A stretch of 64,000 nt of DNA from Phycisphaerae bacterium (GTDB taxonomy: Bacteria > Planctomycetota > Phycisphaerae > WQYP01). This document shows, piece by piece, positions 45,870-56,159 of this stretch (the stretch's first letter is position 1; every line of letters starts with the position of its first letter). The notes beneath the pieces were generated by a model. That model worked only from the letters and a program-made list of their open reading frames with translations, searched no databases and was not told where the DNA came from. Position numbers and translations under genes: made by a program. The stretch is from positions 3,091 through 67,090 of the forward strand of contig JBBRWV010000001.1 of the NCBI GenBank assembly GCA_038248985.1. The letters are read 5' to 3'.

Positions 45870-46927
45870 GTGAAGCTCGCCACTTTTTTGGTCTTTTCCC
45901 AGACGAGTTCGACTGGGACGCCCTGCATGCAACTGTGGTGGTCGCATTCCTTGCGGCGGCAGGGATGGCAGGAAACATCGTGGCGCAGGACGTTTTCCAA
46001 CTGTTCATAGGGGCCGACGAACGCGGGAGATGTTGGGCCGTAGATGGAAACCGTGGGCTTGTTGAGGGCGACGGCGACGTGCAAAGGGCCGGAATCGTTG
46101 CCGATCACCAATTTAGCACGATCAAGCAAGGCGATCATTTCGGCAAGGCTGGTGGTGCCGGCGAGGTTGCGGAGATTCGTGGTTGTTGCCTGCTGGTTGG
46201 TCAGCGAAGCAACCATCTGATCGCAAAGTTTTTTTTCATCCGGGCTGCCGAGGAGCACGACGAGTTCGTTGCGTTCCAGGAGCCTGCGGGCGATGTCGGT
46301 GTAGCGTTCGATGGGCCAACGCTTGGTATCCCAGCGGGCGCCGGGGATGAGGATGACGGGACGGATGTTGCTGAGCAAAACTTTGGCGCGAGCGGCAGCC
46401 TCGGGTTGAAGGGGAATCATGGCTTGGGCGCGCAGGGTTGGGGTAATGCCCAGAGGACCGAGCAACGCCCGCATGCGATTCACGCTGACCATGCTCTTGC
46501 CGCCCTCGGGAAGTTTGACGGTATGGGTGTAGGCGAGCGTCGCGCCTTCACGGGCGGAAGCAAAGCCAATACGGGTTTTAGCGCCGGTGATGCGGGTGAA
46601 GAATCCGGAACGGAAGAGGCCCTGGGCGTCGATCACGCAATCATAATTGGCGGAGCGCAGCCGTTTGAGGAGATCGCGGAAGAGTTTGAATGCGGCGGGC
46701 TTGTACCACCAGGCCGACAGTTTTTTACGGTCGAAAGAAAGGAGGCGATGGAGGTGCTCATGGCCTTGCACGAGTGCGGTGAGCGAGGGGTGGATCATCC
46801 AGTCAATCTTGGCCTTGGGAAACTTGGCGTGCAGATCGGAGAGCATCGGCAGGGCCGTCGCGACATCGCCCAGCGAGGACGGTTTGATAATCAGAATATT
46901 GCGGGGATCATCGGCCATGTACGTCAC
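45866..46927 (-). CDS. Glycosyltransferase family 9 (LPS heptosyltransferase-like)
   Basis: ILIIKPSSLGDVATALPML is the GT9 N-terminal motif; the C-terminal domain has VIGNDSGPLHVAVALNKPTVSIYGPTSP. Confidence 0.8.
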   Translation of the reverse strand: MTYMADDPRNILIIKPSSLGDVATALPMLSDLHAKFPKAKIDWMIHPSLTALVQGHEHLHRLLSFDRKKLSAWWYKPAAFKLFRDLLKRLRSANYDCVIDAQGLFRSGFFTRITGAKTRIGFASAREGATLAYTHTVKLPEGGKSMVSVNRMRALLGPLGITPTLRAQAMIPLQPEAAARAKVLLSNIRPVILIPGARWDTKRWPIERYTDIARRLLERNELVVLLGSPDEKKLCDQMVASLTNQQATTTNLRNLAGTTSLAEMIALLDRAKLVIGNDSGPLHVAVALNKPTVSIYGPTSPAFVGPYEQLENVLRHDVSCHPCRRKECDHHSCMQGVPVELVWEKTKKVASFT

Positions 46928-48009
46928 TATCCATTCAGGCTGGCGGGTTCACAAGTGGTGTTGCAGATATCTTCTGCGTCGGGCACGGAAGGGACGCGGA
47001 CGCCGGGGCCGTCGTGGGCGTAGTGGCGGGCGAGAACTTCATCCCACTCACGCTGATTCTTGACGGCAATGAACTCCCGCCAGACAGCGGTGCCGGCGGG
47101 ATGGAGCTTGGCAAACTTGATGCCGATTTTCCGCATCTGACGCGAGGCCGTGGACTCGCCATAGATTTCCACCGCGAGGGCAAAGTGCTCGAGGAGCGCG
47201 TCGCGCTGCGCGTAAATGGTGGGCGGCGGCGGAAGGGAATCGCCACGCAACAGGGCGGCGAATTCGTTGAATATCCAAGGGTTGCCAATGGCGCCGCGGG
47301 CGATCCAGACGCCGTCGAGATTGGTGGTCTGGTACATGTGGAGAGCGTCCTCGGCGGTGAAGACATCGCCGGAGCCGAAGAGCGAACCCGTCCAACGTGA
47401 CGGGGCTTTGGCACGGAGGGTGGACAGGAAAGGACGGTTGGCGGTGCCGGTATATTTTTGTTCGACCGTGCGGCCGTGGACGGCGATGGCGGCGAAGTCC
47501 AACGCGCAGGCTTCCTGGAAGACGCGGTCGAAATGTTCCGCAGCGTGTGAGGATTCGTTGAGAGCGCGGCGCAGCTTTACGGAGAGTGGGTGGGCGCCAA
47601 TGACGTCACGGACTCGCCGCATGATGAGAATCGCGGTATCCGGATCGGAAAGCAGGTAGCCGCCGCGGCTCCGGCCCATGACCTTTTTGACGGGGCACGC
47701 GAAGTTGAGATCGATGACATCAAAGCCGAGATTGATGAGCACCTTGGCGGCGGCGGCGAGTTCGTGGGGTTCGGAGCCCATGAGTTGACCGGCGACGGGA
47801 TGGTCTGCGGGGCAGAGGATGGCGCCTTTTTCGAGGCCGCGACCGCCGCGCAGCAGGACTTGATCCAGCAAGGCTTCGGTGACGGCATAGGGGCAGCCAC
47901 GGCGGCGGGCGACGACGCGCATCGCCATATCGCTGTAACCGGCGAGACCGGCCTGCATCGCCGGGAGGGCGAGTGTGAACGGCCCTACGCGACAAGGACG
48001 CTCAACCAT
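46927..48009 (-). CDS. dus: tRNA-dihydrouridine synthase (Dus family)
   Basis: FTLALPAMQAGLAGYSDMAMR, DVIDLNFACPVKKV and AVHGRT are Dus TIM-barrel motifs. The likely start is MVERP (48009); the ORF is open to 48054. Confidence 0.85.
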   Translation of the reverse strand: MVERPCRVGPFTLALPAMQAGLAGYSDMAMRVVARRRGCPYAVTEALLDQVLLRGGRGLEKGAILCPADHPVAGQLMGSEPHELAAAAKVLINLGFDVIDLNFACPVKKVMGRSRGGYLLSDPDTAILIMRRVRDVIGAHPLSVKLRRALNESSHAAEHFDRVFQEACALDFAAIAVHGRTVEQKYTGTANRPFLSTLRAKAPSRWTGSLFGSGDVFTAEDALHMYQTTNLDGVWIARGAIGNPWIFNEFAALLRGDSLPPPPTIYAQRDALLEHFALAVEIYGESTASRQMRKIGIKFAKLHPAGTAVWREFIAVKNQREWDEVLARHYAHDGPGVRVPSVPDAEDICNTTCEPASLNG

Positions 48010-48204
48010 GGGGGAGATTGGTGACAAACAAAGCTCCGCGGCAACGCAACTCAATCAACGCATCATCGTGCGGGGGGATGGTTTGGCATTTTAACAAGGC
48101 GGGGCCGGGATTTCAGGAGAGCCTCCGTATAATTATGGAGTATTGCGGCATTATGGCAGAAGTGTCGCTAAAATAGTCAGAGACTTTTTACTGAGAGGAA
48201 GTAC

Positions 48205-49290
48205 ATGACACTTAAGCGGAAATTGGTGGTTTCAACTTTGCTGGCGGCTTTTTTGGCAGGGGCAGTAATGCAGATTGGGGTGTTGGCCAGGGATGAGGTG
48301 ACGACGAGCACGGCGCCGGCCAGTGGACCCACGAGCGCAGCAGCCAGCCAGCCGATTCGGGCCGTGGATGCAATCGTCAAAGATCTGCAGTCGGTATCAC
48401 GCGAGATCGTGTTGAATCTGGGGACGATGACCAGTCTAGTGGATGAAACCAAACGTGCGGCCCTTGCGCCGAAGGTCTCTCCATCGATGAAGAAGATGGT
48501 GGCGCTGCTGGAGGAGATTCAGGCGGCGACGGGGGACGATAGTGCGGAAGGACAGAAATGGCAGATTCTGGCGATGCTTTCATTGCTGGGCGATGCCGAT
48601 AGCGTCAAGATTTTGGCCGATAGTTCGGCGAGCAAAAATAAAGTCACGGCGTTGAATGCGAGCCTTGCATCCAGCTTGGCGGCGTACTGGAAAAATGCCA
48701 AGAATGAGGCTGAGCAAAAGAAGGTTTTGGAAACCTTCAGCAAGCTGGTCGCAGCAAATCCGGATAGCGAGGCGGTTTCTGAAACTTTGATGATGATGGG
48801 TAACCTGGGGCCCGCGTCACGGAGCATTAAGAACTCAATCAATACGTTGCTGGGAATTCCGGAGGAAGGGAAGCCTTTTGCGATCAGTGGTACGACCCTG
48901 GATGGCAAGGCCTTCAATACCGCGGACTACAAAGGGAAAGTAGTGCTGGTGGATTTCTGGGCCACATGGTGCGGCCCGTGCCTTGCGGAATTGCCGGAAC
49001 TCATCAAGTTTTACGAGAAGCACAAGGCCGAAGGTTTCGAAATTGTCGGGTTTCCGCTCGACCAGCCCACGGAGGAGTTGAAGAAGTTTTTGTCGGAGAA
49101 CAAGAAGGTGTCTTGGGTGCAGATTATTGACGTAAAGCAGACTCTCGGTAACAACAAATTTGGGATTCATGGAATTCCAACCATGTATTTGATTAATCAG
49201 GAGGGGACTCTGGTGACGACCGAGGCACGCGGCAAGTACGAAGAGTTGGTGACGAAGTTGCTCGCGAAGAAGGCGGGCGACAAGAAGTAA
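48205..49290 (+). CDS. TlpA/ResA-like thiol:disulfide oxidoreductase (thioredoxin fold) with an N-terminal ~230-aa helical extension and signal peptide
   Basis: The C-terminal domain has VVLVDFWATWCGPCLAELPEL (WCGPC active site). Confidence 0.8.
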   Translation: MTLKRKLVVSTLLAAFLAGAVMQIGVLARDEVTTSTAPASGPTSAAASQPIRAVDAIVKDLQSVSREIVLNLGTMTSLVDETKRAALAPKVSPSMKKMVALLEEIQAATGDDSAEGQKWQILAMLSLLGDADSVKILADSSASKNKVTALNASLASSLAAYWKNAKNEAEQKKVLETFSKLVAANPDSEAVSETLMMMGNLGPASRSIKNSINTLLGIPEEGKPFAISGTTLDGKAFNTADYKGKVVLVDFWATWCGPCLAELPELIKFYEKHKAEGFEIVGFPLDQPTEELKKFLSENKKVSWVQIIDVKQTLGNNKFGIHGIPTMYLINQEGTLVTTEARGKYEELVTKLLAKKAGDKK

Positions 49291-49317
49291 ACGGTTCTCG
49301 GCTGTAAAACAAGCAAA

Positions 49318-49345
49318 GCCCCGCTCTTGCGAGCGGGGCTTTTTC
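49318..49345. terminator. Bidirectional Rho-independent terminator between the convergent TlpA-like and aminopeptidase genes
   Basis: GCCCCGCTC-ttgc-GAGCGGGGC perfect 9-bp stem followed by T5. Reading the opposite strand, the preceding AAAG would give a partial U-tract. Confidence 0.7.
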
Positions 49346-49379
49346 GTGAGTAGTTAAGTGTTTTTGACGCGACCGCCGG

Positions 49380-50507
49380 TCAGTCGGGATTGGGCCAATC
49401 CGCTCGCGTAAAACGGCCGGCCTCCAGGATGACCTTTCCGTCGACTTCAATGCGGCTGCCCGGCGAACGCAGATCGCAGACCATATCCCAGTGCAATCCG
49501 GATTCGTTCTTGCCACCGGTTTCGGGGTAGGCCTGGCCCAGCGCGGCGTGGCATGTGCCGCCGATCTTTTCATCGAAGAGCGTGTTCTTGGTGTATTGCT
49601 GAATGCTGAAATTGGTGCCGATGGCGAATTCCCCGAGGATTTTGGCACCGTCATCCTGCTCGATCATGGAATGCAGGAAGTCTTCGCCCTTGCTGGCGCG
49701 GGCGCTGACGACTTTGCCGGCCTTGAAGACCAACTGGATATCGTGACACTCGCGACCGTGATGCACGGCTGGAAACGAATAGCGGATCGTGCCATCGACC
49801 GCGTCTTCAATGGGACCGGTAAAGACTTCGCCGTCGGGGAAATTTTCATGGCCGTCGCAATTGATCCAGCGGCGTCCCTGCACGCCGAGACGCAAATCCG
49901 TGTCTTTGCCGATCACGTGAACTTCCTTGGTGGTGTTCAGGAAATCGACGAGATGCTGCTGGCGTACGCTGATCTTTTTCCAGGCGGCGACGGGGTCGTC
50001 GAGATGGAGCAATCCCCCACGCAGCACGAAATGGGTATATTCCCGCAGGCTCATTTCGGCATCCTGGGCGGCGCTGGAGGTGGGGAACTGTGTGCCGACC
50101 CAGCGGAGTTCGCCGAGTGCGGCGCGTTCGAGGAATCGTTTGAGGTAGGGTTTTCGGGCCTGGCTGCTCAGGGCCTGCTTGCGGGGGTTTACATTCGTGA
50201 GGCTCTTGGTGTTCTCTGAACCCCAGAGGCCCAGGCTGACGTCGATTTGCTCCACGGAATACTGCTGAATGGGCGAGTAGAACTTGAGCTGCTCATCCGA
50301 GGCGTGCTGGAAGAATGCATCGGTCATGGCATCGCTGGTGAGTTGCACAAACGGGTGTCCGCCGGCTTTGATGACTTGCTCATAGAGGGCATCGACCAGG
50401 GGAAGCGTGATGACATCGCCGGAGATGCGGCAGAGGTCATCTTTTTTGACGGCTGTCGAATACGTGACGAGCAGTTGTGCGAGTTTATCGAGGCGTTGAT
50501 CACGCAT
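49380..50507 (-). CDS. M29 family aminopeptidase (AmpS/PepS, aminopeptidase T-like)
   Basis: Length and blocks (GKDTDLRLGVQGRRWINCDGHENFPDGEVFTGP; FAIGTN...GGTCHAALG...HWDMV) match thermophilic metalloprotease M29. Confidence 0.85.
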   Translation of the reverse strand: MRDQRLDKLAQLLVTYSTAVKKDDLCRISGDVITLPLVDALYEQVIKAGGHPFVQLTSDAMTDAFFQHASDEQLKFYSPIQQYSVEQIDVSLGLWGSENTKSLTNVNPRKQALSSQARKPYLKRFLERAALGELRWVGTQFPTSSAAQDAEMSLREYTHFVLRGGLLHLDDPVAAWKKISVRQQHLVDFLNTTKEVHVIGKDTDLRLGVQGRRWINCDGHENFPDGEVFTGPIEDAVDGTIRYSFPAVHHGRECHDIQLVFKAGKVVSARASKGEDFLHSMIEQDDGAKILGEFAIGTNFSIQQYTKNTLFDEKIGGTCHAALGQAYPETGGKNESGLHWDMVCDLRSPGSRIEVDGKVILEAGRFTRADWPNPD

Positions 50508-50578
50508 GAAGTTCCTTTGCGGTGTGTTGTGGGGACATAATCACAATGGTTTGGAATGAGATTTTTTCGGGCTGTTCG

Positions 50579-51595
50579 TCAATGTACGCCCGCTTCGGCG
50601 AGCCAACGCTCGGCATCGATCGCGGCTTTGCACCCCATGCCGGCGGCGCTGATCGCTTGGCGGTAAATAGAGTCCGAGACATCTCCCGCGGCAAAGACGC
50701 CTTGCACGCTGGTCATGCTGCGGAAGCCATCGACTAATTTGATGTAGCCTTTGTCATCGAGGGCGAGTTGGCCGTCGAGAAACTTCGTGTTGGGCGTGTG
50801 GCCGATGGCCGCAAACATGCCCCGAGCGGGAATCGTTTGGATTTCCTGAGTTATGAGATTCTTCACGCGAACCGCGGTCACCCCCTCATTGTCGCTGCCG
50901 ACGACTTCATCGACGGCGCTGTTCCAGACCGGATTGATCTTGGGGTTGGAAAGGGTGCGCTCAGCCATGATTTTGCTGGCACGCAGCGTATCGCGACGGT
51001 GGACCAGGTGAACCTTGCTGGCGAACTTCGTGAGATAGCTGGCTTCCTCGCAGGCCGAGTCTCCGCCGCCGACAACGACGAGAGGCACATCGCGGAACCG
51101 GGGAAGCGCTCCATCGCAGACGGCGCAGGCGGAAACACCGAAATTCTTATATTTTTCCTCGCTGGGCAGTCCCAGGTAATTGGCCGACGCCCCCGTAGAG
51201 ATGATGATGACGTGGGCTTCCGTAACGGTGGCGTCGTCGCCGCTGATTTCGCTGTTGTGCCATATTTTGAAAGGTTTCGTGGAAAGGTCGACCTTGGATA
51301 CGAAGTGGTTGATGACGCGCGTGCCGAAGCGCTCGGCCTGTTTCTGCATGACATCCATCAGCTTCTGCCCATGGATGCCGTCGATGAAGCCCGGATAATT
51401 TTCGACTTCGGTGGTGAACATGAGTTGGCCGCCGGGCATGCGGTCATTATTGAATCCGTCGCCCGCCAGCACGAGAGGGTCCAGGTTGGCGCGGGCGGCG
51501 TAAATGGCCGCGGTCCACCCGGCGGGACCGGAGCCGATGATGACAACTTTTTCAATCGTGCGGGGGGATGCTTGGGGAGTGGTGGGTGTGGACAT
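50579..51595 (-). CDS. trxB: Thioredoxin-disulfide reductase
   Basis: FAD GxGxxG ([14 protein letters not shown]), redox-active CAVCD, NADPH site VVVGGGDSA, and C-terminal GVFAAGDV. The start is ATG at 51595 (MSTPTT). Confidence 0.9.
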   Translation of the reverse strand: MSTPTTPQASPRTIEKVVIIGSGPAGWTAAIYAARANLDPLVLAGDGFNNDRMPGGQLMFTTEVENYPGFIDGIHGQKLMDVMQKQAERFGTRVINHFVSKVDLSTKPFKIWHNSEISGDDATVTEAHVIIISTGASANYLGLPSEEKYKNFGVSACAVCDGALPRFRDVPLVVVGGGDSACEEASYLTKFASKVHLVHRRDTLRASKIMAERTLSNPKINPVWNSAVDEVVGSDNEGVTAVRVKNLITQEIQTIPARGMFAAIGHTPNTKFLDGQLALDDKGYIKLVDGFRSMTSVQGVFAAGDVSDSIYRQAISAAGMGCKAAIDAERWLAEAGVH

Positions 51596-51755
51596 GATGG
51601 GATGCGTCCTTTCGTGGGGGAAGGAGGAAACGAGGAATGTGGAATTATAGGGACGAATTGCCCATTTGCGAGAGGTCTGGGGAAAGCCCGGTGGGTTTCG
51701 GGTCGACAGGGACGAAATCTTGGATAACATCCTACAGTTTCATACAGGTGAACCC

Positions 51756-53045
51756 ATGCGGATGAAAAATAAAGCAATGCTGATTGGGACCGTGCTGGCG
51801 GCCGTCTCTTCAACGGCGTTCGGCGAAGATACGCCCAACGGATCAAAACCTTCCCCGTCTTCTTCGTCGTGGATGGAAATCATCGACTTCAATCAGCTAT
51901 TGGAGTCGAACAACCTGAACCATTGGCTCATCTTGCTGGTGGCAATCGTCCTGGGCATTACTTTGGGAAAAGTCGTTTCCTTTGTTTTGGAGCGACTGAC
52001 TGTGCGATTGAACATAACAGGATGGTCAGCATATTCCCATGTGTTCTCCGGAATGATCGGACCGGTGACGCTGGCATCTTTCACTGCGGGGCTGGGATTT
52101 GGCCTGGCGCAGATTTCGATGAGTCCTGCGCTCCGCCAGTTTTGCGGCAGCTTGCTGCTGCTGTTCTCCACCGTCGCAGGATTCTGGTATGCGTTCAATC
52201 TTGTGGGCGCTATTGAGGTCGGTCTGCAGCGATTTGCCAAGCGGACGGAAACGCAGTTGGATGATCAACTCGTGCCGGTGATCCGCAAGGCCCTGCGCAT
52301 ATTCATCGTGGTGATTGGCTCTCTTTTCATCCTGCAGAATATTTTCGATCGAGACATTGGCGCGTGGCTTGCCGGGCTTGGAATTGCCGGCCTGGCGGTT
52401 TCGCTGGCTGCCCAGGACTCGCTGAAAAACCTGTTCGGCACCTTCACGATCCTGTTCGATCAACCGTTCTCCATCGGCCAGCGCATTAGGTTTGATAAGT
52501 TTGATGGTACCATTGAAGGGATCGGCTTCCGGTCCACGCGCATTCGCACGCTGGAAGGTCACCAGGTGACGATCCCCAACAGTAATATCGTCAACAGCCC
52601 GGTGGAAAACGTGGCGCTGCGGCAGTCGCTGCGGCGAATATTCAGCCTCTCCATTACATATGACACGCCCGTAGCGCAGGTCCGCCAGGCTGTGCAAATT
52701 GCTCGCGATCTACTGGCGTCTCCGGAATTTCGCGGACCTGTGCATGATCCCGATACGGCGGCGAATGCCGATCCACCGCGAGTTTATTTCGATGAATTCA
52801 GAGCGGATAGCCTGAATATCAAGGTACATTACTGGTATCGCCCGGTGGATTGGTGGGCGTACATGGATCATGCCGAGCGTTTCAATCTGGCCTTGATGGA
52901 AGCGTTTGAAAAAGCGGGAATTGAGTTTGCCTTCCCCACGCAGACGCTTTTTCTGGCGGGCGACCCCAAGCGGGCGTTGCCCTTGACCACCGCCACGCCG
53001 CCGCCTTCGCACATCGAGCACGCGTCGCCGGAAACTCCCCTGTAG
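51756..53045 (+). CDS. Mechanosensitive ion channel family protein (MscS-like) with signal peptide and periplasmic N-terminal region
   Basis: TM3-beta domain signature GIAGLAVSLAAQDSLKNLFGTFTILFDQPFSIGQRIRFDKFDGTIEGIGFRSTRIRTLEGHQVTIPNS. Confidence 0.85.
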   Translation: MRMKNKAMLIGTVLAAVSSTAFGEDTPNGSKPSPSSSSWMEIIDFNQLLESNNLNHWLILLVAIVLGITLGKVVSFVLERLTVRLNITGWSAYSHVFSGMIGPVTLASFTAGLGFGLAQISMSPALRQFCGSLLLLFSTVAGFWYAFNLVGAIEVGLQRFAKRTETQLDDQLVPVIRKALRIFIVVIGSLFILQNIFDRDIGAWLAGLGIAGLAVSLAAQDSLKNLFGTFTILFDQPFSIGQRIRFDKFDGTIEGIGFRSTRIRTLEGHQVTIPNSNIVNSPVENVALRQSLRRIFSLSITYDTPVAQVRQAVQIARDLLASPEFRGPVHDPDTAANADPPRVYFDEFRADSLNIKVHYWYRPVDWWAYMDHAERFNLALMEAFEKAGIEFAFPTQTLFLAGDPKRALPLTTATPPPSHIEHASPETPL

Positions 53046-53048
53046 CGC

Positions 53049-53855
53049 TCACACCATGTCCTCCCAGGCTCGGGGATCGACGTGGGCATGAAACCGGCCG
53101 TTTCGTTCATCGACATGAATGCTCACGCCGTACGCGGCAGACAAATTTGCGTCCGTCAGTACCGCGTCAGGCGCGCCACTGGCCACGACGTGCCCACTCA
53201 GCGAAAGTAACAACACGCTGGCGGTCCTCGGCAGCAGTTCTTCGAGGTGATGGGTCACGATGACGATCGCGGGTGAATCTGCCAATTCCTGCAAGCGCGC
53301 CAGCGTGGCCAACACGGCTTCGCGGCCGGGCAAATCAAGCCCGGCGGTCGGCTCATCCAGCAGCAGTAACTCCGGTTTGCGCACCAGCGCCCGCGCGATC
53401 AACGCACGCATGCGTTGGCCGGTGGATAGCGTGGCGTGCAACTGGACGGCGCGGTCGGACAATCCGACATGCGCCAGCATCTCTCGGGCATGCGCCCACT
53501 GCATCTCGGTAGGGTGAACGTACCCAATGGTTAGCGTGGAAAAATAACCCGAGACGACCATATCCAGTGCGGTCATGCTTTTGTCGAAGGGGTAGACCGT
53601 GTTGGCTTCTACGATGCCCACACGTTGGCGAAGCGGTGCAACAGCCGCCTCGCCCAGTGTTGCCCCGAATAGTTGGACCGTGCCGCGCTGGGGCCACAGG
53701 TAACCGGTGGCCAGGCGTAGCAGCGTCGACTTTCCGCATCCGTTGGCCCCCAGAACTGCGGCGATCTGACGCGGTTGCACCGCCCAATCGAGATCGTGCA
53801 GAATCTCTTGCGTGCCGCGCGAAAAATAGACGTTTTGGAAGCGGAGAACCGCCAT
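53049..53855 (-). CDS. ABC transporter ATP-binding protein (ModF/YlmA-like) with no adjacent permease
   Basis: Walker A GANGCGKSTLL, signature LSTGQRMRALIARAL, Walker B LLLLDEPTAGLD and H-loop VTHH. Confidence 0.85.
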   Translation of the reverse strand: MAVLRFQNVYFSRGTQEILHDLDWAVQPRQIAAVLGANGCGKSTLLRLATGYLWPQRGTVQLFGATLGEAAVAPLRQRVGIVEANTVYPFDKSMTALDMVVSGYFSTLTIGYVHPTEMQWAHAREMLAHVGLSDRAVQLHATLSTGQRMRALIARALVRKPELLLLDEPTAGLDLPGREAVLATLARLQELADSPAIVIVTHHLEELLPRTASVLLLSLSGHVVASGAPDAVLTDANLSAAYGVSIHVDERNGRFHAHVDPRAWEDMV

Positions 53856-53856
53856 C

Positions 53857-54759
53857 TCAATGCCCCGAACGAAACGGCTTCTCTAGGCCATGAACAAGTT
53901 TGGCGGCACGTAAAGTATTGCGCAGCAGCATCGCGACCGTCATTGGGCCGACACCGCCGGGCACGGGCGTAATGTGGCTGGCGACTTTGGCGACCTCTTC
54001 AAAGTCCACATCGCCGACGGTTTTTTCGGTGACCTTGCCAAAGGCATCGGTGATCTTCACGCGGTTGATGCCGACATCAATGATCACGGCACCCGGCTTG
54101 ATGTGGTTGGCCCGAAGCAGGCCCGGCTTGCCCACGGCAACGATGACCACATCCGCGTTGCGACATGCCGCGGGCGTGTCCTTGGTGTGGATGTGGCACA
54201 GAGTCACCGTGGCGTTGCGCTCCGTCAGCAGCAGGGCCAGCGGACGGCCAACGATGCGCGAGGCCCCTACGACGGTCACATCCGCGCCCGTTAAATCGAA
54301 CCCTGTCGAATCGATCAACTCCACCACCGCCAATGCCGTACACGGTGCGATGATGGTATGCCCATACACAACGTGCCCGATATTGGCCGGGTTCACGCCT
54401 TCGACATCCTTGAGAATGTCAATCTGGTATTGGGCCTGCTGGAGGTCCAAACCGGCGGGTAATGGCGAATGCAAAAAAATGCCCGTGACGGATATGTCGG
54501 CGTTCAAGGAATGAATGGTGGACCAGAGGTGCTGTTCCGTCGTATGTGCGGGAAGCGTCCGCAACTCATATTGGATTCCAACCGCCGCACAGGTTTTGGT
54601 TTGATTCTCCGCATACACCTTCGCCGCAGGATTATCGCCCACGAGGATGGCCACGAGGCGCACGCGCTTTCCCGTGGATTTCAGCGCGGCAACTTCCCCG
54701 GCAACTTTTTCACGCGTTTTGGCAGCCAGTGCTTTTCCATCAATCAGTTGGGCGGGCAT
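53857..54759 (-). CDS. folD: Bifunctional methylenetetrahydrofolate dehydrogenase/cyclohydrolase
   Basis: LVAILVGDNPAAKVY, HSPLP and VVGASRIVGRPLALLL (NADP site) are FolD hallmarks. Confidence 0.9.
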   Translation of the reverse strand: MPAQLIDGKALAAKTREKVAGEVAALKSTGKRVRLVAILVGDNPAAKVYAENQTKTCAAVGIQYELRTLPAHTTEQHLWSTIHSLNADISVTGIFLHSPLPAGLDLQQAQYQIDILKDVEGVNPANIGHVVYGHTIIAPCTALAVVELIDSTGFDLTGADVTVVGASRIVGRPLALLLTERNATVTLCHIHTKDTPAACRNADVVIVAVGKPGLLRANHIKPGAVIIDVGINRVKITDAFGKVTEKTVGDVDFEEVAKVASHITPVPGGVGPMTVAMLLRNTLRAAKLVHGLEKPFRSGH

Positions 54760-54791
54760 ACGAAATTCCTATGTGTTGTAAAACTACACAA

Positions 54792-56027
54792 TCAGGCCGT
54801 TTGAATCTCGATTTTGCACACGCGCCGTTTGCCCACTTGAAGGATCTCGCCGCCGCGTATGTCGACGGTCGTCTTGGGGTCGGTGATTTTATTACCCGCA
54901 AACGTGACGCCGCCACCTTCCACCAGTTGCCGCGCCTGGCTCGTGCTGGGTGCGAAACCGACTTCCTTGATCAAGGTGAGCAGACCAATCTTTCCCTCCT
55001 TGAGCAAGTCCGGCTTGAGGGTCTTTATTTCGGTATCGGCCAATACCTGCCCTTCGGCAAAACGCCTCCGAAAATCGTCGGCCGCTTTTTCCGCATCGGC
55101 GGGAGAATGGTACTGCTCCACAATCGTTCGCCCGAGAATTTCCTTGGCGACACGCGGATGCGTTTGCACGGGATCGATGAGCGAACGAATGCGATCCTCA
55201 GGAAGCGGCGTCGTCATCGTGAACCAGTTGGGCATCAGCGTGTCAGGAATCGACATGGTCTTACCGAACTGTTCGGACGGGCTGTCGGTGACGCCCACGT
55301 AATTCCCCAGCGATTTCGACATCTTTTGCACGCCGTCGGTCCCCACGAGTATGGGCATGACGATGGCGATCTGCGGCGGCTGCCCTTCGGATTCCTGCAG
55401 GTCGCGCCCGACCAGATTATTGAATGTTTGATCGGTCCCGCCGAGCTCCACATCGGCCTTGATCATGACGCTGTCCCAGCCTTGCATTAGCGGGTACATG
55501 AACTCGTGAATGTAGATGGCCTCGCCGGCCTTGTGTCGCTCCTGAAACGTGTCACGCTCCAGCATTCGCGCGACGGTCATTTTCTGCAACAATTTCAACG
55601 CGTCAGTGAAGGACATGGCGTGCAGCCATTCCGAGTTGTAGCGGATTTCGAGCTTTTTCGGATTCAAATCGAGAATCTTCCCCGCCTGCGAAAAATAGGT
55701 TTCGGCATTCGTTTTGACCTGCTCCGCCGAGAGCACCGGCCGCGTGAGTCTCTTGCCCGTAGGGTCGCCGATCATCGCGGTGGCATCACCAATGATGAGG
55801 ACCGCTTTATGGCCCAGATCTTGAAACTGACGCATCTTTTTCAATACGACCGCGTGTCCCAGGTGCAGATCCGGCGCGGTTGGATCCATCCCCAGCTTGA
55901 TCCGCAATTGGCGTCCCGTCTTCGCGGCATGTTCCAGACGCTGCTTGAGTTCGGCGGCAGAATAAACATGATCCGTGCCGTGCATGAGCAGTTCCAATTG
56001 TTGATCGATCGTCAGCGTGGTCGGCAT
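54792..56027 (-). CDS. tyrS: Tyrosine--tRNA ligase with C-terminal S4 domain
   Basis: HIGH motif (DLHLGHAV), KMSKS motif (QKMSKSLGN) and C-terminal S4 RNA-binding domain. Confidence 0.9.
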   Translation of the reverse strand: MPTTLTIDQQLELLMHGTDHVYSAAELKQRLEHAAKTGRQLRIKLGMDPTAPDLHLGHAVVLKKMRQFQDLGHKAVLIIGDATAMIGDPTGKRLTRPVLSAEQVKTNAETYFSQAGKILDLNPKKLEIRYNSEWLHAMSFTDALKLLQKMTVARMLERDTFQERHKAGEAIYIHEFMYPLMQGWDSVMIKADVELGGTDQTFNNLVGRDLQESEGQPPQIAIVMPILVGTDGVQKMSKSLGNYVGVTDSPSEQFGKTMSIPDTLMPNWFTMTTPLPEDRIRSLIDPVQTHPRVAKEILGRTIVEQYHSPADAEKAADDFRRRFAEGQVLADTEIKTLKPDLLKEGKIGLLTLIKEVGFAPSTSQARQLVEGGGVTFAGNKITDPKTTVDIRGGEILQVGKRRVCKIEIQTA

Positions 56028-56159
56028 TCCGCGATTCCTGTTCCTGAGAAATGGGAGAAAACCTCTATTGTAGGTGGGCGGCGCGCAGGGTCAAACGGCC
56101 GCCGCGTGTGGCGACACACAGGCCGGTCGTTGTATACTCTGGCGGCACATTTTTAGGAG

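Noticed and set aside
48120-48175. TATAAT-like hexamers (48127-48132, 48166-48171) upstream of the TlpA-like gene
   Set aside because: No convincing -35 partner at proper spacing. It is left as unverified rather than called as a promoter.
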